From: Candidatus Omnitrophota bacterium
GTDB taxonomy: Bacteria; Omnitrophota; Gorgyraeia; Tantalellales; Tantalellaceae
Reading direction: 5' to 3'
Length of the DNA stretch: 64,000 nt
Assembly (NCBI GenBank): GCA_015231405.1
Contig: JADGBR010000001.1
Span: forward strand, 155,964 to 219,963
Position numbers and translations under genes: made by a program. Below the pieces are notes generated by a model. It searched no databases and was not told the origin of the DNA. It was given only the letters and a program-made list of their open reading frames with translations. Numbering within the stretch: the stretch's first letter is position 1; every line of letters starts with the position of its first letter. Below are positions 29,801 to 38,110 of this stretch, in pieces.

Positions 29801-32800
29801 ATGACATTGCGCGACCTTAAGGCCTTGATCGCCGCTTTCAGTTATTATGTAAAGGCCGGAATGGATAGTAAACCCGCATTCAACGCCGCCTTTGAGCTTG
29901 TGTATCTGGCTCAATTCAGTGACTTGGTCAAAATCCAGATACTAAAGAAGCTTGAAGAAGTATTGGATGGCAACGCGAAAGACAGGATAGACTTCAATGC
30001 CGGACGCTTCGAGGACAAGCCGATGGATATGGCTGGCATGATAAAGAGAGGCCCAATGGCCCAGTCCGAACAAAAAGTTATAAAACAGATAAAAGACCTG
30101 ATCGGGATAAATAAAAATCCGCTTCTTCTACTCGAACCGGGATCAAGGGAAAAAGAGATCATATCCGCTTTTTCCGAAAAAGAAGGATATGAGCTATTCC
30201 ACTGCGATAGCCACCCGGAGATGACCAGTTTGGACCTTATCGGAGGCACGTTCCCGTTCTTTGAGGAAAAGGGCATGGAGGCGGAAAGGTTAAGTGAATT
30301 GCCTGGTTTTATCGGGAGGCATCTTGTCCGGAAAGAAGATATAGATAAACCGGGTGAAAAAAAGCTTCTTGTTATACACAATATTGACGCCCTTCATGAA
30401 AAAGTCAGGACAGTCCTAAATAATTTTCTGCTTAAAGGTTCCATCGATATCCAGGATCAAATGGGAAGGACCAGGACGATGTATCTGCCGAAAAATGTCA
30501 GGATAATGGCGGCCTGCTCGGAAAAGACGGGTGAGGAAATATCCGGGGCGTTCTGGAACAGGTTCCAGAAAATAGATGTGCCGCCGATAAGTTATATGGA
30601 GAACGGTAATTCGGAGCTGCTCGAGCTCCTTTTGTATGATTCGGGCCTGTCGGAATACGGCGCGATGGGGGAAATGGTATCCAGATATATCCAGTATCTG
30701 CACTCTTTCACTGACCGGTTGGACGCGGAGAGCGAGTGGCCTTCGGGGAAAAAGTACGCATTCACGGTAAAAGAGGCTTTGCTTCTCGGGAAATACGTGA
30801 AGATAGCGATAGACGACGCGAAAAAAGACCCAGAGGAAATAGACGTAGCTAAGGCGAAAGAGATGGTCATCAGGGAAGCTTATAACCTGTACGGGGGTAA
30901 GATAAAAGAACATCAAAGCGACCTGGATTTCTTCGAGCAGAACGTTCTTAAGATCATATTCGATCACAGGCTGGTAAAGAATTTATCGGGTACTGTCGTG
31001 AAGGAAAAAGGCGTCGTTACGGAACTGGCCGGGGTTAAATTGCCGCACGGGACAAAAGGTAAAAGGCTTGAGGATATAGATCCCGAATACAGGCTTATTC
31101 TCGTAAAAGAAATAGTCAATACGATGGCTGGCATCGTCAGGGCCTGGAGATCCGGGAAAGTGGTCTCCATGACCGGTGAAACGGGAACCGCGAAAACCAC
31201 GATGGGGGTTTTTCTTTCTCAGCTTATGTTCGGGGAAGAGGCCGGAGAGGACAGCTACTACATATTTTCGACCCACGGCGCGTCGAAAGCAAGAGACCTT
31301 GAATATCAGCTGAGGATGACCGAGGAAGGCAAGTACCGGCTGGAAATACAGGAATTCATTAAGAAGATAGAGGAAGGGAATAAGGTCATCATAATCGACG
31401 AGGCGAACATGAGGCCGGAGATGCTCTGGGCAATTAACGCCATAGCGAGGGGCGAGAAGGAGATAACGCTTCAGATCCCGGGCGAAAAACAATACAAGGT
31501 AAGGGTAGGCGACAACGTCAATATCATAATGACTATGAACCCCACAAGCTATAAAGACAGGAAAGATGTTCCCGGGATACTTAAGGAGAATGTCGTGAAC
31601 CTGTGGTCCAGCCTCAATTACTCGGAAGCCGAGATGGACATGATACTTAAGGGGATGATGGGAGCGATGGAGCGAAAACTGCTGGGTAAGAAAGGGAAAG
31701 TGTCACAGGAAGCGGAAACAAGCGAGGAGGATAAGGCAATCCCGGCAAAAGACGGCGTTTTTGAGGATTTCAGGGGGTCGATCGATCTTGAGAAATTCCT
31801 GGAAAGGGTATACGAGTTCGGACATGACGAGGCTCTCGAAAAAACGCCGCAGGAAGTGATCTCAAATTTGGAAAAAGAACTGCTTGAAAGAGATGACGTC
31901 AAGAAGCGCATGGCGAGGATCGAAACGACGGTCAAGAACCTTACACGGGGCATATCTGTCGAATATTCAACATATTATCCGTGGGGGCAGTCGAACGAGG
32001 CTGGGAAGTTACTTATTCCTCTCGATCAGCTGGTCAATCCTCTTCTTACGGACGACATGATAATCTCCTTCATAATGCACGAAATAAGGCATTGGAGATA
32101 TTCGCCGACCCCTAAAGATATTATGGGGGATATCGCGGAGGATCTTGTGAAAACTATCCCTAAAGCGAGGGAGATCCTGTCTTCGAGCGATTTTAATTAT
32201 TATTGGAATGTCCTTGAAGATCACAGGATAAACGCGGTGCGAACTCGTTTTGACGGCGAGAATTCATATATAGATACCTTTATAGGAACGAACTTTACTG
32301 ATCCCGAACAATCTCTAAAAATACAGGAAAAGCTGGAGACTTTCATAGATGGAGGAGAATACATAAGGGCTTTCTGGGAATATATACTATACTACGGATA
32401 TGCGCGGGAACATACACCCGGATTTCCAAGGTATCCGAAGGCCTTAAGGGACGCGATCAATAAAATAACGGACGGCGGGGATAATTCGGTCTTGTACAGA
32501 GCGGTATTGTCGGGCGATGTCCATCCGGACTACGATGCGCTGGTAATTGATAAGAACGCCCCTGAGAACAGGGCGAAGATGATAAAAGCCGCCATTAACA
32601 GTTTGAAGGTCATAATAGGCGAAATACATCCGGTATTTCTTGAAGTCGTTGAATATGAAAGAAAAGAGCGGGAGAAAAAGCATAAAGACAAGGATAAAGG
32701 CGAAAAAACGAAAAAAGAGGCGAAAGCACCGAAAGAAGCTAAAGAAGCGAAACAACGGCCCATAGAGGATCTTTCCGAAGGACCTCTTACCCAGGCTCCT

Positions 32801-35800
32801 TTAAGCCCGCCGCCGGGTGCGATGCCAAATAATGATAAGGGTGTTGAGACGCCCGTTGATATGCCTAAGCCCTGGGATGAAAGGCCACAAACGGATATAC
32901 CGTTAACAGGCACCTCCGGTTCCGGAGCTTCCGATGAGAAAGGCCGGGGGGAACAAGGTGAAAGTGCTCCGGGTGACGATATGTCAGGGGAAGAATATCC
33001 TTCGGGAATGGATAAGGGAGCCGGACCGGTGATGCCAGGTTCTGATGCTTTTTCCGGAAAAACCATTAACTATGATCCCGTACAATGGAAAGAGATGACT
33101 AAAGAGGAGCTCGAGAGATTGATAGAGAAAAGTAAAAGGATAAGAGGTGCTACGGAGTTACCGGAGGAATCATCTAATGATTTTCTGGCCGAGATAAGGA
33201 GGATAGTCGAAAATCCGCCTGAAACACCTCATGAGTTTGAAGGGTACAGGAAATTCTACAGGGAATTTGTAGAACAGGTTAAATATTCGCACAATATGGC
33301 TATTACGGATGAATTATTCGAATACTATGGGCATCTCATTAAAAACGCCAAGACACTCCGGGATGTTATCGACCGGCTGCCGGAAGAGATCAAAAAGCTG
33401 ATGGACGAAACACGGGAACTGTTCGAGGAGATCGAGGAGGACATCGAGCAGGAAAACAGCGAAACGGGTATGCAAATCGATATTGAGGCGAAATGGAGCA
33501 GAAAAAAAGAACAATTCATAGAAAATATTATAAAGGATAGGAAAAGATCGGATATAGCTGTAGGGGTTACGCTCGTCCCTGATATGTGGGCGAGCGGGGC
33601 ATATGAAGAGATACTTGCCGTGTTCCTTCAGACTTTCAATAAGCTGGAGAGAAGGAAGGTCGAGTACAGCGTGAGTTTTAGCGATGTCTCATATTCTTTG
33701 CGGGAAGGCATAGCGTTCAACGAAAAGGTAAAGAAAATGGAACAGCTCGAGCAAAGGTACAGAGAAATGCTTCTGTACTTGGCTTTGACCAATCACGGTA
33801 ATAATCAACAGTCTTCAAAGGTGGGTATCGGTAGATTCACGCCGCTTAAGCTGGTCCTAAGCATAATGCAGAAATATTCCGGAGTTAAAAAAACGAATAA
33901 GATCGAGTTTATCGTTACGGATGGGTCGATCGAGGAAACGTCCTGTTATATGTTCTTCCCGTCGGAAACCGGGAAAGGGTATCTGGGGAGCGACGATATC
34001 TTTCTAAGACCGAGCGGCGTTATCGGCCCGTATTACGATATGCCGGGTTGTACCAAAGACCTGGTAATGGAAGCGACAGAGGCGCTCAATTATCTGGCGA
34101 ATTATGAGCATAATTTAAGGATATGGAAGGCGTGCATACAAAGGGCGAAAGATGGCGGCATGACAGACGCGGAATTAAAAAGAAAAGGGCTGACCGAAGA
34201 TGAGTTCCCGGGATTGCACGTACTTAAAAATGATCCGGACCCAAGAAGCATGGGAGCTCGATTGGCGAAGGAATATGGCTTCAGATTCGACCAATGGGGT
34301 TATAACTGGCCCAGCGTGACGGAAAAAGTGAGCATGAGTGACAGGATAAAGGCCATAATAAGAGCCAGCGACCTTGTCACGCGCCTAAGAATGAAAGCCG
34401 GTATAATATTGCCGGCATCCGAGGAATATCTTGAAAGAGCGAGACAGGCTCCGGGCGGGGATAAGGCTAAATTCGGTATGCCTGTTCCGACCCGGAAATT
34501 AGCCGACGCTTTAAGTGACGCGAAGTCGAAAGGGATAGATATTATAGGGGTGGGAACTAAAAAGGAATACAAGGGAGTTCAGCTATTCGATTCATGGATC
34601 TATATCGACGGATATTCACCGCATGTGGTCACTTTCCTCATGCTGGAGCTGTCCAACTATAAAAAGAAACACCCGGGAGATTTTCCGAAAGGTGATCTTT
34701 TTGAGAACTTGCCGGGGTTAAGGGAAAAAGCCGATAAAATGCAAAAAGAGACGGCCAGTGCCGCTAAGATGCCCGGCATGAAAGCTCCCTCGGAAAATAG
34801 CATAGAAATGAACCTTCTTGATCTTGAGAATAACTCTGCGCCGGTACAGCATGAGGAAATACTGATCAAACGAAAGATCGAATTAGGAGGCGACGGGCGC
34901 GAGTTAAAAGTCGCATTCAGGGTGCTTGACGAAAATGTCGCTGACAAAGTCAAGAGTGTAGCTATGAGCCCGAGCAAGGCTTTCTTCGATATTGGCGGAG
35001 ATACCTTTTTTGCCGTGAGGAGAGAAATGCCGGACGGTTCCATAAATATATTTCTGACTAAAAAGTCGATGGCCAGGCTTATCGTCGACGAAAAGGCTCT
35101 CATGGCCCTTGCTATGCACGAAGTTTACGATACCGGCGAGAAGGAAGGGCCCGGTTCGCATAAATGGGCGTGGGATAAAGTCAAAAAGGAGAACCCCGAA
35201 GGTATGAGCTCTCTCCTTAGATTCATGATCGACAATATGGATGAGGCCCAAGTTAAAGCTCTTGCATCCGAATATGAAGAAGACCTTTCGGGAAGAAAAG
35301 CGTCGGGAGAGTGGGGGCCATTCGAGGAAGATATTCACTCATATTGCCTGGGAAGGCTCGATGCGATCAGGACTTCAACGGAAACGGATAAAAATTCGAT
35401 ACTTAAATATGAATTATCAGGAACATCGGAAGGCCGCCTGGAAAAAATAAGGTGTGAGTCCGGCATTGCTCCTGAAACGAATTCAACGGAGAAGGCGAGA
35501 TCCGAGATGCTGGACGTTTACGGTAAACTCCTGTCCGGAGTTTACAAGAATACGCATAATAAGGAGAAATGTTATGATTTCATATTGAGCGCTGTCCCCA
35601 CGGCAAAGGACGATGAAGGGCAACCGGTCGATTACGCCGAAAGCGTCCTATCAGGGCTCATGGGTAAATTAAGGAGCCAGGGAGACGCCGCGGTAGCAAA
35701 AGCTCAGATAGGGAATATAACGTCCAGGTATACGATGGGAGCTTTAGCGGCAAAGAGCATGGTCGAGAGTATTGTCGAGCTTTCAAAAAGCGTTCCCGAT

Positions 35801-36277
35801 GGGAGGATACACTGTTCGATCAGCGCAAAAATACTTAAGGAGCTCGAAGAGCTGAACGCAGGTGAACAATTCATTGTAGGAACTGTAAAAGACTTTTTGA
35901 CGGGACATGTGATGCTCGACATTATAACCGATACCGCTACGACGGAGAAGGAAGAGACCGTATACCCGCTTTCCTTCGCCAAGTGCAAGGCATTAGGCCT
36001 CGCCAGGTTCAACATGGCGCATGTGGGGGCGATGGTGGATAAGAACGACGACCTGTATAAAAGTTCATTAAGGCTTGTAGGCCTCGCGATCGCGTATTTG
36101 ACCAATAACACGGACAACGCGGATAATATCGTCAAATCGCTGGAGGAGGCTTCGGGAAAAGATAAAGAATTCTATAAAAGGGTTTTCGAGCTTGTGCTGC
36201 CCGAAGTGGCTAAAATAAACATAAACGAGATTAACAATATATTTCAGGCCGAAGCGGAGGTATTCGCGTCTCTCTAA
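23843..36277 (+). CDS. Giant (4144 aa) putatively exported multidomain protein: TraB/TIKI-like N-domain, 6x MoxR/midasin-type AAA+, HExxH domain, acidic linker, VWA-like domain
   Basis: Uninterrupted 12.4-kb ORF. Signal peptide MKKFNTLILLISFTINQMVIPVKA; Walker A GPTGSGKT (aa1246), GPPGGGKT (aa1772), GETGTAKT (aa2445); HEIRH (aa2746); IVTDG (aa3357-3361). Confidence 0.85.
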   Translation: MKKFNTLILLISFTINQMVIPVKADVAKLIDPGTFYIPGKIGEIMTLVKGNSGKTIINITDAHCNYSAQDNICKILQYLTSNETPEIVFLEGGSGKYDFSVFDKINDTEIKERIVEILLKEGRLSGAEKYGIGSNNSIRLEGLEEKDLYDKNLGYYRGSLTMKDTVQPYLDKLRGILAKIKKNLYSEEMIKIDDMFDRYESGELNIKDLIVLISGLLAQKSADLLAYKNIVGLAGIVNDEKRIDFERAEKEMENVMDLLTKTLPGNERTKLLEQLTGFKDGDIDKEMFYGYLFKQLRLSSADMSNYENLRKYSEYISGYENIDKGELAREIRRARTDLFEKSFTGDDQKELFALVNYLVAVDKLINAKLVKEEFNDYIKMASRVDLDGVKAFIAKNYPIDGDHLNMSEAQNEYPMIVDLMEKFYKCSFERDVVFLGKIDKYMTVNKMKSAVMVTGGFHKDNLKGLFEKAGFNYIEVMPVIKKTDVANNYFKLLSGERSDLEGFIDTAVSLLPGNSFLALRSVFSEMGISDIKAGNETVLKIAMLEKLLNGEEFTIRTKQGWWIVISPEGVKSVNANVFKSDTGTIGGQKITAEVFRPEARFDANVSEADIVLVDGDELNHIQQELWIDGLGKEMGYKALRDVIDTEPFIDKLYEFGLEEQHVEYLKLNYINTDKLRVWNDKDMRMPVDGHPGAEGVVYLTSHLFNANDTRGAVLAFLHELGGAYKNGELKRTHADNRQLDDAYASGDRDLIKKKAIEIVEFASGGTGMARGEKRDYADKVDMEAAKPVTIEDFETLTSDHQKENVIRELKTIHAEIMSMAEEYKERTGDPKYLTITMREQKRFLKTFESVYYKRIKETGDESLSYAHALNTAKQGYYDIFPESFVREEIGDVNVHDAPLPEELDALHSEVYRKLSRAIDTDFPSLFNCPVDTLGELDDALDIYVRNHSGIGKVEKVVCTPDTDSTQLIGCLLPVDPKDRKGAEKVRFEMGVIYRMVEHARDDPEHTHILRLDQLEALSPKVWVILNQFLLTDEMTVPEADPTKGKAVRKLKRPKNLKIITSINKGLDDSAFYDRFLRKTIDSPSDEVLGAYIMSHYGLPEWAAKDMVSLKNNNEAVNNGQLFIILDYIKGRLSESESKGEKALKDIIDQEVGLYLGNLKPLKPGDGYETKVEFKDDKLMFDGVELAINDGLRAKIKQAVKSQDDIEAIKKAIKETVSISMTRDVARALSAIARNYRYGNKVIQLEGPTGSGKTFLAESLAKMLNIPFYGEPFHASSKQTKLLGSFVPDPTGEFYLDTDTQFLRHIQDGGVIALSELNACEKDGYARFGWLMVPFASGEDTLELNQYPLPGEGGEMFRSVKRHKDSMIIIDTNPSDAYKSRAALPPMLNAYTPKVWVEGKYTMEELKEISADFIESKEVSGDEKGFFTDVLSELHFKVQEELERTDPKLSRGREHIVTMRELTRTSKMIRSENKNKDKGQNYYDAAMLYYGSAFKNEADRELVKGYIKEILSGQGIAVSCLKERDDNYFLRTSILNTKNSTMLSLPAMDNPFDVIQEALGEEKNVEVEKYNANYFTDDFGLLGGYVPNEGSKYNEEMAFRMVDGIILKNIKKALKEKDKTFILAFENFHYLRPKMAVALNSILQDRVYYSIAKEGGVKTKERIEIPDNLKFVSTASNEVEFQMSLAEQSRWVRIFGSGDKSRAPPEERQAKVYADADELRKAYKKDRSQLDPNIHPEPVTDGKGLLVPTKEMMEAESRMVDAMDDDKVILLEGPPGGGKTEYALDIANRLGLKSYLYSAHANSHLRDLIGSYVQDKDGKYVLTAREKDGHFMAPFLECLKNGGVFIIDEGAIGVNAQAIISWLTGIARGDKEIAINEHLGMDEPLRIKRHENFHLVITTNPVEETPDRMKIPIEVLERSERIWVTDDICRKSYDSITEFFYDLYAGNDPKMAEHKKNYTVAALSSLHIKMKEILSAQGFVNDPDRHLMTLRDLKALIAAFSYYVKAGMDSKPAFNAAFELVYLAQFSDLVKIQILKKLEEVLDGNAKDRIDFNAGRFEDKPMDMAGMIKRGPMAQSEQKVIKQIKDLIGINKNPLLLLEPGSREKEIISAFSEKEGYELFHCDSHPEMTSLDLIGGTFPFFEEKGMEAERLSELPGFIGRHLVRKEDIDKPGEKKLLVIHNIDALHEKVRTVLNNFLLKGSIDIQDQMGRTRTMYLPKNVRIMAACSEKTGEEISGAFWNRFQKIDVPPISYMENGNSELLELLLYDSGLSEYGAMGEMVSRYIQYLHSFTDRLDAESEWPSGKKYAFTVKEALLLGKYVKIAIDDAKKDPEEIDVAKAKEMVIREAYNLYGGKIKEHQSDLDFFEQNVLKIIFDHRLVKNLSGTVVKEKGVVTELAGVKLPHGTKGKRLEDIDPEYRLILVKEIVNTMAGIVRAWRSGKVVSMTGETGTAKTTMGVFLSQLMFGEEAGEDSYYIFSTHGASKARDLEYQLRMTEEGKYRLEIQEFIKKIEEGNKVIIIDEANMRPEMLWAINAIARGEKEITLQIPGEKQYKVRVGDNVNIIMTMNPTSYKDRKDVPGILKENVVNLWSSLNYSEAEMDMILKGMMGAMERKLLGKKGKVSQEAETSEEDKAIPAKDGVFEDFRGSIDLEKFLERVYEFGHDEALEKTPQEVISNLEKELLERDDVKKRMARIETTVKNLTRGISVEYSTYYPWGQSNEAGKLLIPLDQLVNPLLTDDMIISFIMHEIRHWRYSPTPKDIMGDIAEDLVKTIPKAREILSSSDFNYYWNVLEDHRINAVRTRFDGENSYIDTFIGTNFTDPEQSLKIQEKLETFIDGGEYIRAFWEYILYYGYAREHTPGFPRYPKALRDAINKITDGGDNSVLYRAVLSGDVHPDYDALVIDKNAPENRAKMIKAAINSLKVIIGEIHPVFLEVVEYERKEREKKHKDKDKGEKTKKEAKAPKEAKEAKQRPIEDLSEGPLTQAPLSPPPGAMPNNDKGVETPVDMPKPWDERPQTDIPLTGTSGSGASDEKGRGEQGESAPGDDMSGEEYPSGMDKGAGPVMPGSDAFSGKTINYDPVQWKEMTKEELERLIEKSKRIRGATELPEESSNDFLAEIRRIVENPPETPHEFEGYRKFYREFVEQVKYSHNMAITDELFEYYGHLIKNAKTLRDVIDRLPEEIKKLMDETRELFEEIEEDIEQENSETGMQIDIEAKWSRKKEQFIENIIKDRKRSDIAVGVTLVPDMWASGAYEEILAVFLQTFNKLERRKVEYSVSFSDVSYSLREGIAFNEKVKKMEQLEQRYREMLLYLALTNHGNNQQSSKVGIGRFTPLKLVLSIMQKYSGVKKTNKIEFIVTDGSIEETSCYMFFPSETGKGYLGSDDIFLRPSGVIGPYYDMPGCTKDLVMEATEALNYLANYEHNLRIWKACIQRAKDGGMTDAELKRKGLTEDEFPGLHVLKNDPDPRSMGARLAKEYGFRFDQWGYNWPSVTEKVSMSDRIKAIIRASDLVTRLRMKAGIILPASEEYLERARQAPGGDKAKFGMPVPTRKLADALSDAKSKGIDIIGVGTKKEYKGVQLFDSWIYIDGYSPHVVTFLMLELSNYKKKHPGDFPKGDLFENLPGLREKADKMQKETASAAKMPGMKAPSENSIEMNLLDLENNSAPVQHEEILIKRKIELGGDGRELKVAFRVLDENVADKVKSVAMSPSKAFFDIGGDTFFAVRREMPDGSINIFLTKKSMARLIVDEKALMALAMHEVYDTGEKEGPGSHKWAWDKVKKENPEGMSSLLRFMIDNMDEAQVKALASEYEEDLSGRKASGEWGPFEEDIHSYCLGRLDAIRTSTETDKNSILKYELSGTSEGRLEKIRCESGIAPETNSTEKARSEMLDVYGKLLSGVYKNTHNKEKCYDFILSAVPTAKDDEGQPVDYAESVLSGLMGKLRSQGDAAVAKAQIGNITSRYTMGALAAKSMVESIVELSKSVPDGRIHCSISAKILKELEELNAGEQFIVGTVKDFLTGHVMLDIITDTATTEKEETVYPLSFAKCKALGLARFNMAHVGAMVDKNDDLYKSSLRLVGLAIAYLTNNTDNADNIVKSLEEASGKDKEFYKRVFELVLPEVAKININEINNIFQAEAEVFASL

Positions 36278-37809
36278 CCCCAGAGGTTGCGGTCCAGGCA
36301 CCTGTATCCTATCGCTTCGGAAACGTTATGCGTGTTGATGACCTCCGAGCCTTCCATGTCGGCTATCGTTCGTGATAATTTCAGTATCTTGTCGTAAGCC
36401 CTGGCCGAAAGACCCATTTCAAGTATTACCGTTTTCAGGATATATTCCGCTTCTTTTGAGAGAACCGAGTGCTTGTCGAGCTCTTTCGGTGACATGTAAG
36501 CGTTGATAGCGAGGTGGCAGCTTTTTTCCGCGAACCGCTCTCGTTGTATAGCCCTCGCCTTAAGCACTCTTTGTTTAACTCGTGAAGTCGTTTCGCCCGA
36601 GCGTTTTCCTGAAAGTTGTTCGTAGTTGAGCCTTGGGACTTCCAGGTGTATATCAATGCGGTCAAGTAATGGGCCGGATATTTTAGACAGATATTTCTGT
36701 ATCTGTCCGGGATTACACCTGCACTCCTTTTTCGGGTCAGTTAGGTTCCCGCACGGGCAGGGGTTCATAGCGGCAATTAGTATGAACCTGGAGGGGTATT
36801 TGATCGAGCGTTCGGCCCGTGATATGGAGATCTCGCCTGATTCAAGGGGTTGTCTTAGCGTTTCGATGACGTCGCGCCTGTATTCCGGAAATTCGTCAAG
36901 GAATAGGACTCCGTTGTGGGCGAGGCTTATCTCCCCGGGGCGTGTATGAACCCCTCCTCCGGCCATGGCGGCATAAGAGATCGTGTGATGCGGGGCCCTA
37001 AAGGGGCGTTCGTCGACGAGGTCCTCATTCTTGAGTTCGCCCGCGATACTGTATATCTTCGTCGTTTCAAGCGACTCTTCATATGAGAGGTCCGGAAGCA
37101 GATAAGGGAACCTTTTCGCTAGCATGCTTTTACCAGAACCCGGCGGGCCAATTAAAAGGATGTTGTGGTTGCCCGAGGCGGCAATCTCAAGCCCTCTTTT
37201 TACGTGTTCCTGTCCTTTAACGTCTGAAAGGTCCCACAAATCTGACGGATTCTTCAGGGATGATATATTTTGGCGGGGTTTGACGGGTTCCATCGGTTCC
37301 GCGCCTGTCACATGCCTGATTATCTCATCAAGGGAACGGGCGCCGAAGATGATCATCCCATCGACATGTGAAGCTTCCCGGGAGTTAGAGACCGGCAGAA
37401 TAAAAGTAGGGAACCGGTTTTTTAGGGATATTGCCAGCGGAAGAGCGCCTTTAAAGGAACAAAGTTTACCCGTGAGCGACAGTTCCCCGCAAAAAAGGAT
37501 GTTATCCATTAGAGTCCCGTCGATCTGTTCCGAAGCGGCCAGTATTCCCAGAGCTATTGGGAGATCGAAACCGGAGCCTTCTTTTTTCATTCCTGCAGGA
37601 GCAAGATTGATAGTTATTTTTTTAGCCGGAAAAGAAAAACCCGAATTTCTGATAGCGGATCTTATCCTGGCGCGGCTTTCCTTAATAGAGCTGTCAGGGA
37701 GCCCAATTATTGAAAAGGAGGGAAGCCCCGAAGCCGTTACATCCGTTTCGACTGTTACCTGCTGTGATTCCATTCCTATCATGCAACCCGAATTGACTTT
37801 AGATATCAT
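36274..37809 (-). CDS. comM: ComM/YifB Mg-chelatase-like AAA helicase
   Basis: 'IIGLPDSSIKESRARIRSAI', 'ITINLAPA', 'GSGFDLPIA', 'GPPGSGKSMLA', 'PGEISLAHNGVLFLDE', 'AAMNPCPCG', 'SGPLLDRID'. Confidence 0.96.
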   Translation of the reverse strand: MISKVNSGCMIGMESQQVTVETDVTASGLPSFSIIGLPDSSIKESRARIRSAIRNSGFSFPAKKITINLAPAGMKKEGSGFDLPIALGILAASEQIDGTLMDNILFCGELSLTGKLCSFKGALPLAISLKNRFPTFILPVSNSREASHVDGMIIFGARSLDEIIRHVTGAEPMEPVKPRQNISSLKNPSDLWDLSDVKGQEHVKRGLEIAASGNHNILLIGPPGSGKSMLAKRFPYLLPDLSYEESLETTKIYSIAGELKNEDLVDERPFRAPHHTISYAAMAGGGVHTRPGEISLAHNGVLFLDEFPEYRRDVIETLRQPLESGEISISRAERSIKYPSRFILIAAMNPCPCGNLTDPKKECRCNPGQIQKYLSKISGPLLDRIDIHLEVPRLNYEQLSGKRSGETTSRVKQRVLKARAIQRERFAEKSCHLAINAYMSPKELDKHSVLSKEAEYILKTVILEMGLSARAYDKILKLSRTIADMEGSEVINTHNVSEAIGYRCLDRNLWG

Positions 37810-37827
37810 TATAGCCTCCTTATTTTT

Positions 37828-37900
37828 AGCTTTAAGCTTTCAGCCTTAAGTCTTCAGCTTGAATGTTTGTTAAGAAGCTGACAGCTGATAGCTGATAGCC
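37828..37900. repeat. Heptamer (AGCTGAT/AGCTTTC) arrays in inverted arrangement within the comM 5' leader
   Basis: agctttaagctttcagcc...ttcagctt and aagctgacagctgatagctgatagc. Confidence 0.75.
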
Positions 37901-37907
37901 CTATATT

Positions 37908-37944
37908 AGAGACACAGTTTTCAGCGAAAATGTTTCAAAAAAAA
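37908..37944 (-). promoter_or_regulatory. ECF-sigma-like promoter, copy 2 (comM)
   Basis: Minus strand: TTTTTTTT-GAAAC-ATTTTCGCTGAAAACT-GTGTCTCT (16-nt spacer). Confidence 0.75.
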
Positions 37945-37999
37945 TGAAAAAATCTTTAATATTGAAGAAATGAGGCCGGTGTGCGAAAATTACGAACGA
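37923..37999 (+). repeat. Direct repeat copy A flanking TPR gene
   Basis: 77 bp, about 9 differences from 40848-40923; last 24 bp identical (ccggtgtgcgaaaattacgaacga). Confidence 0.9.
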
Positions 38000-38110
38000 G
38001 TTGGAATTTATTGTTTTCAAGCTTAATTTGGGTAAAAGGGTCTTGTATGTCAAAAGGGAATTTATCAGTCCTGGTCTTAATTATCCGAAAGCTGGGGGCG
38101 TAATAGAAAA

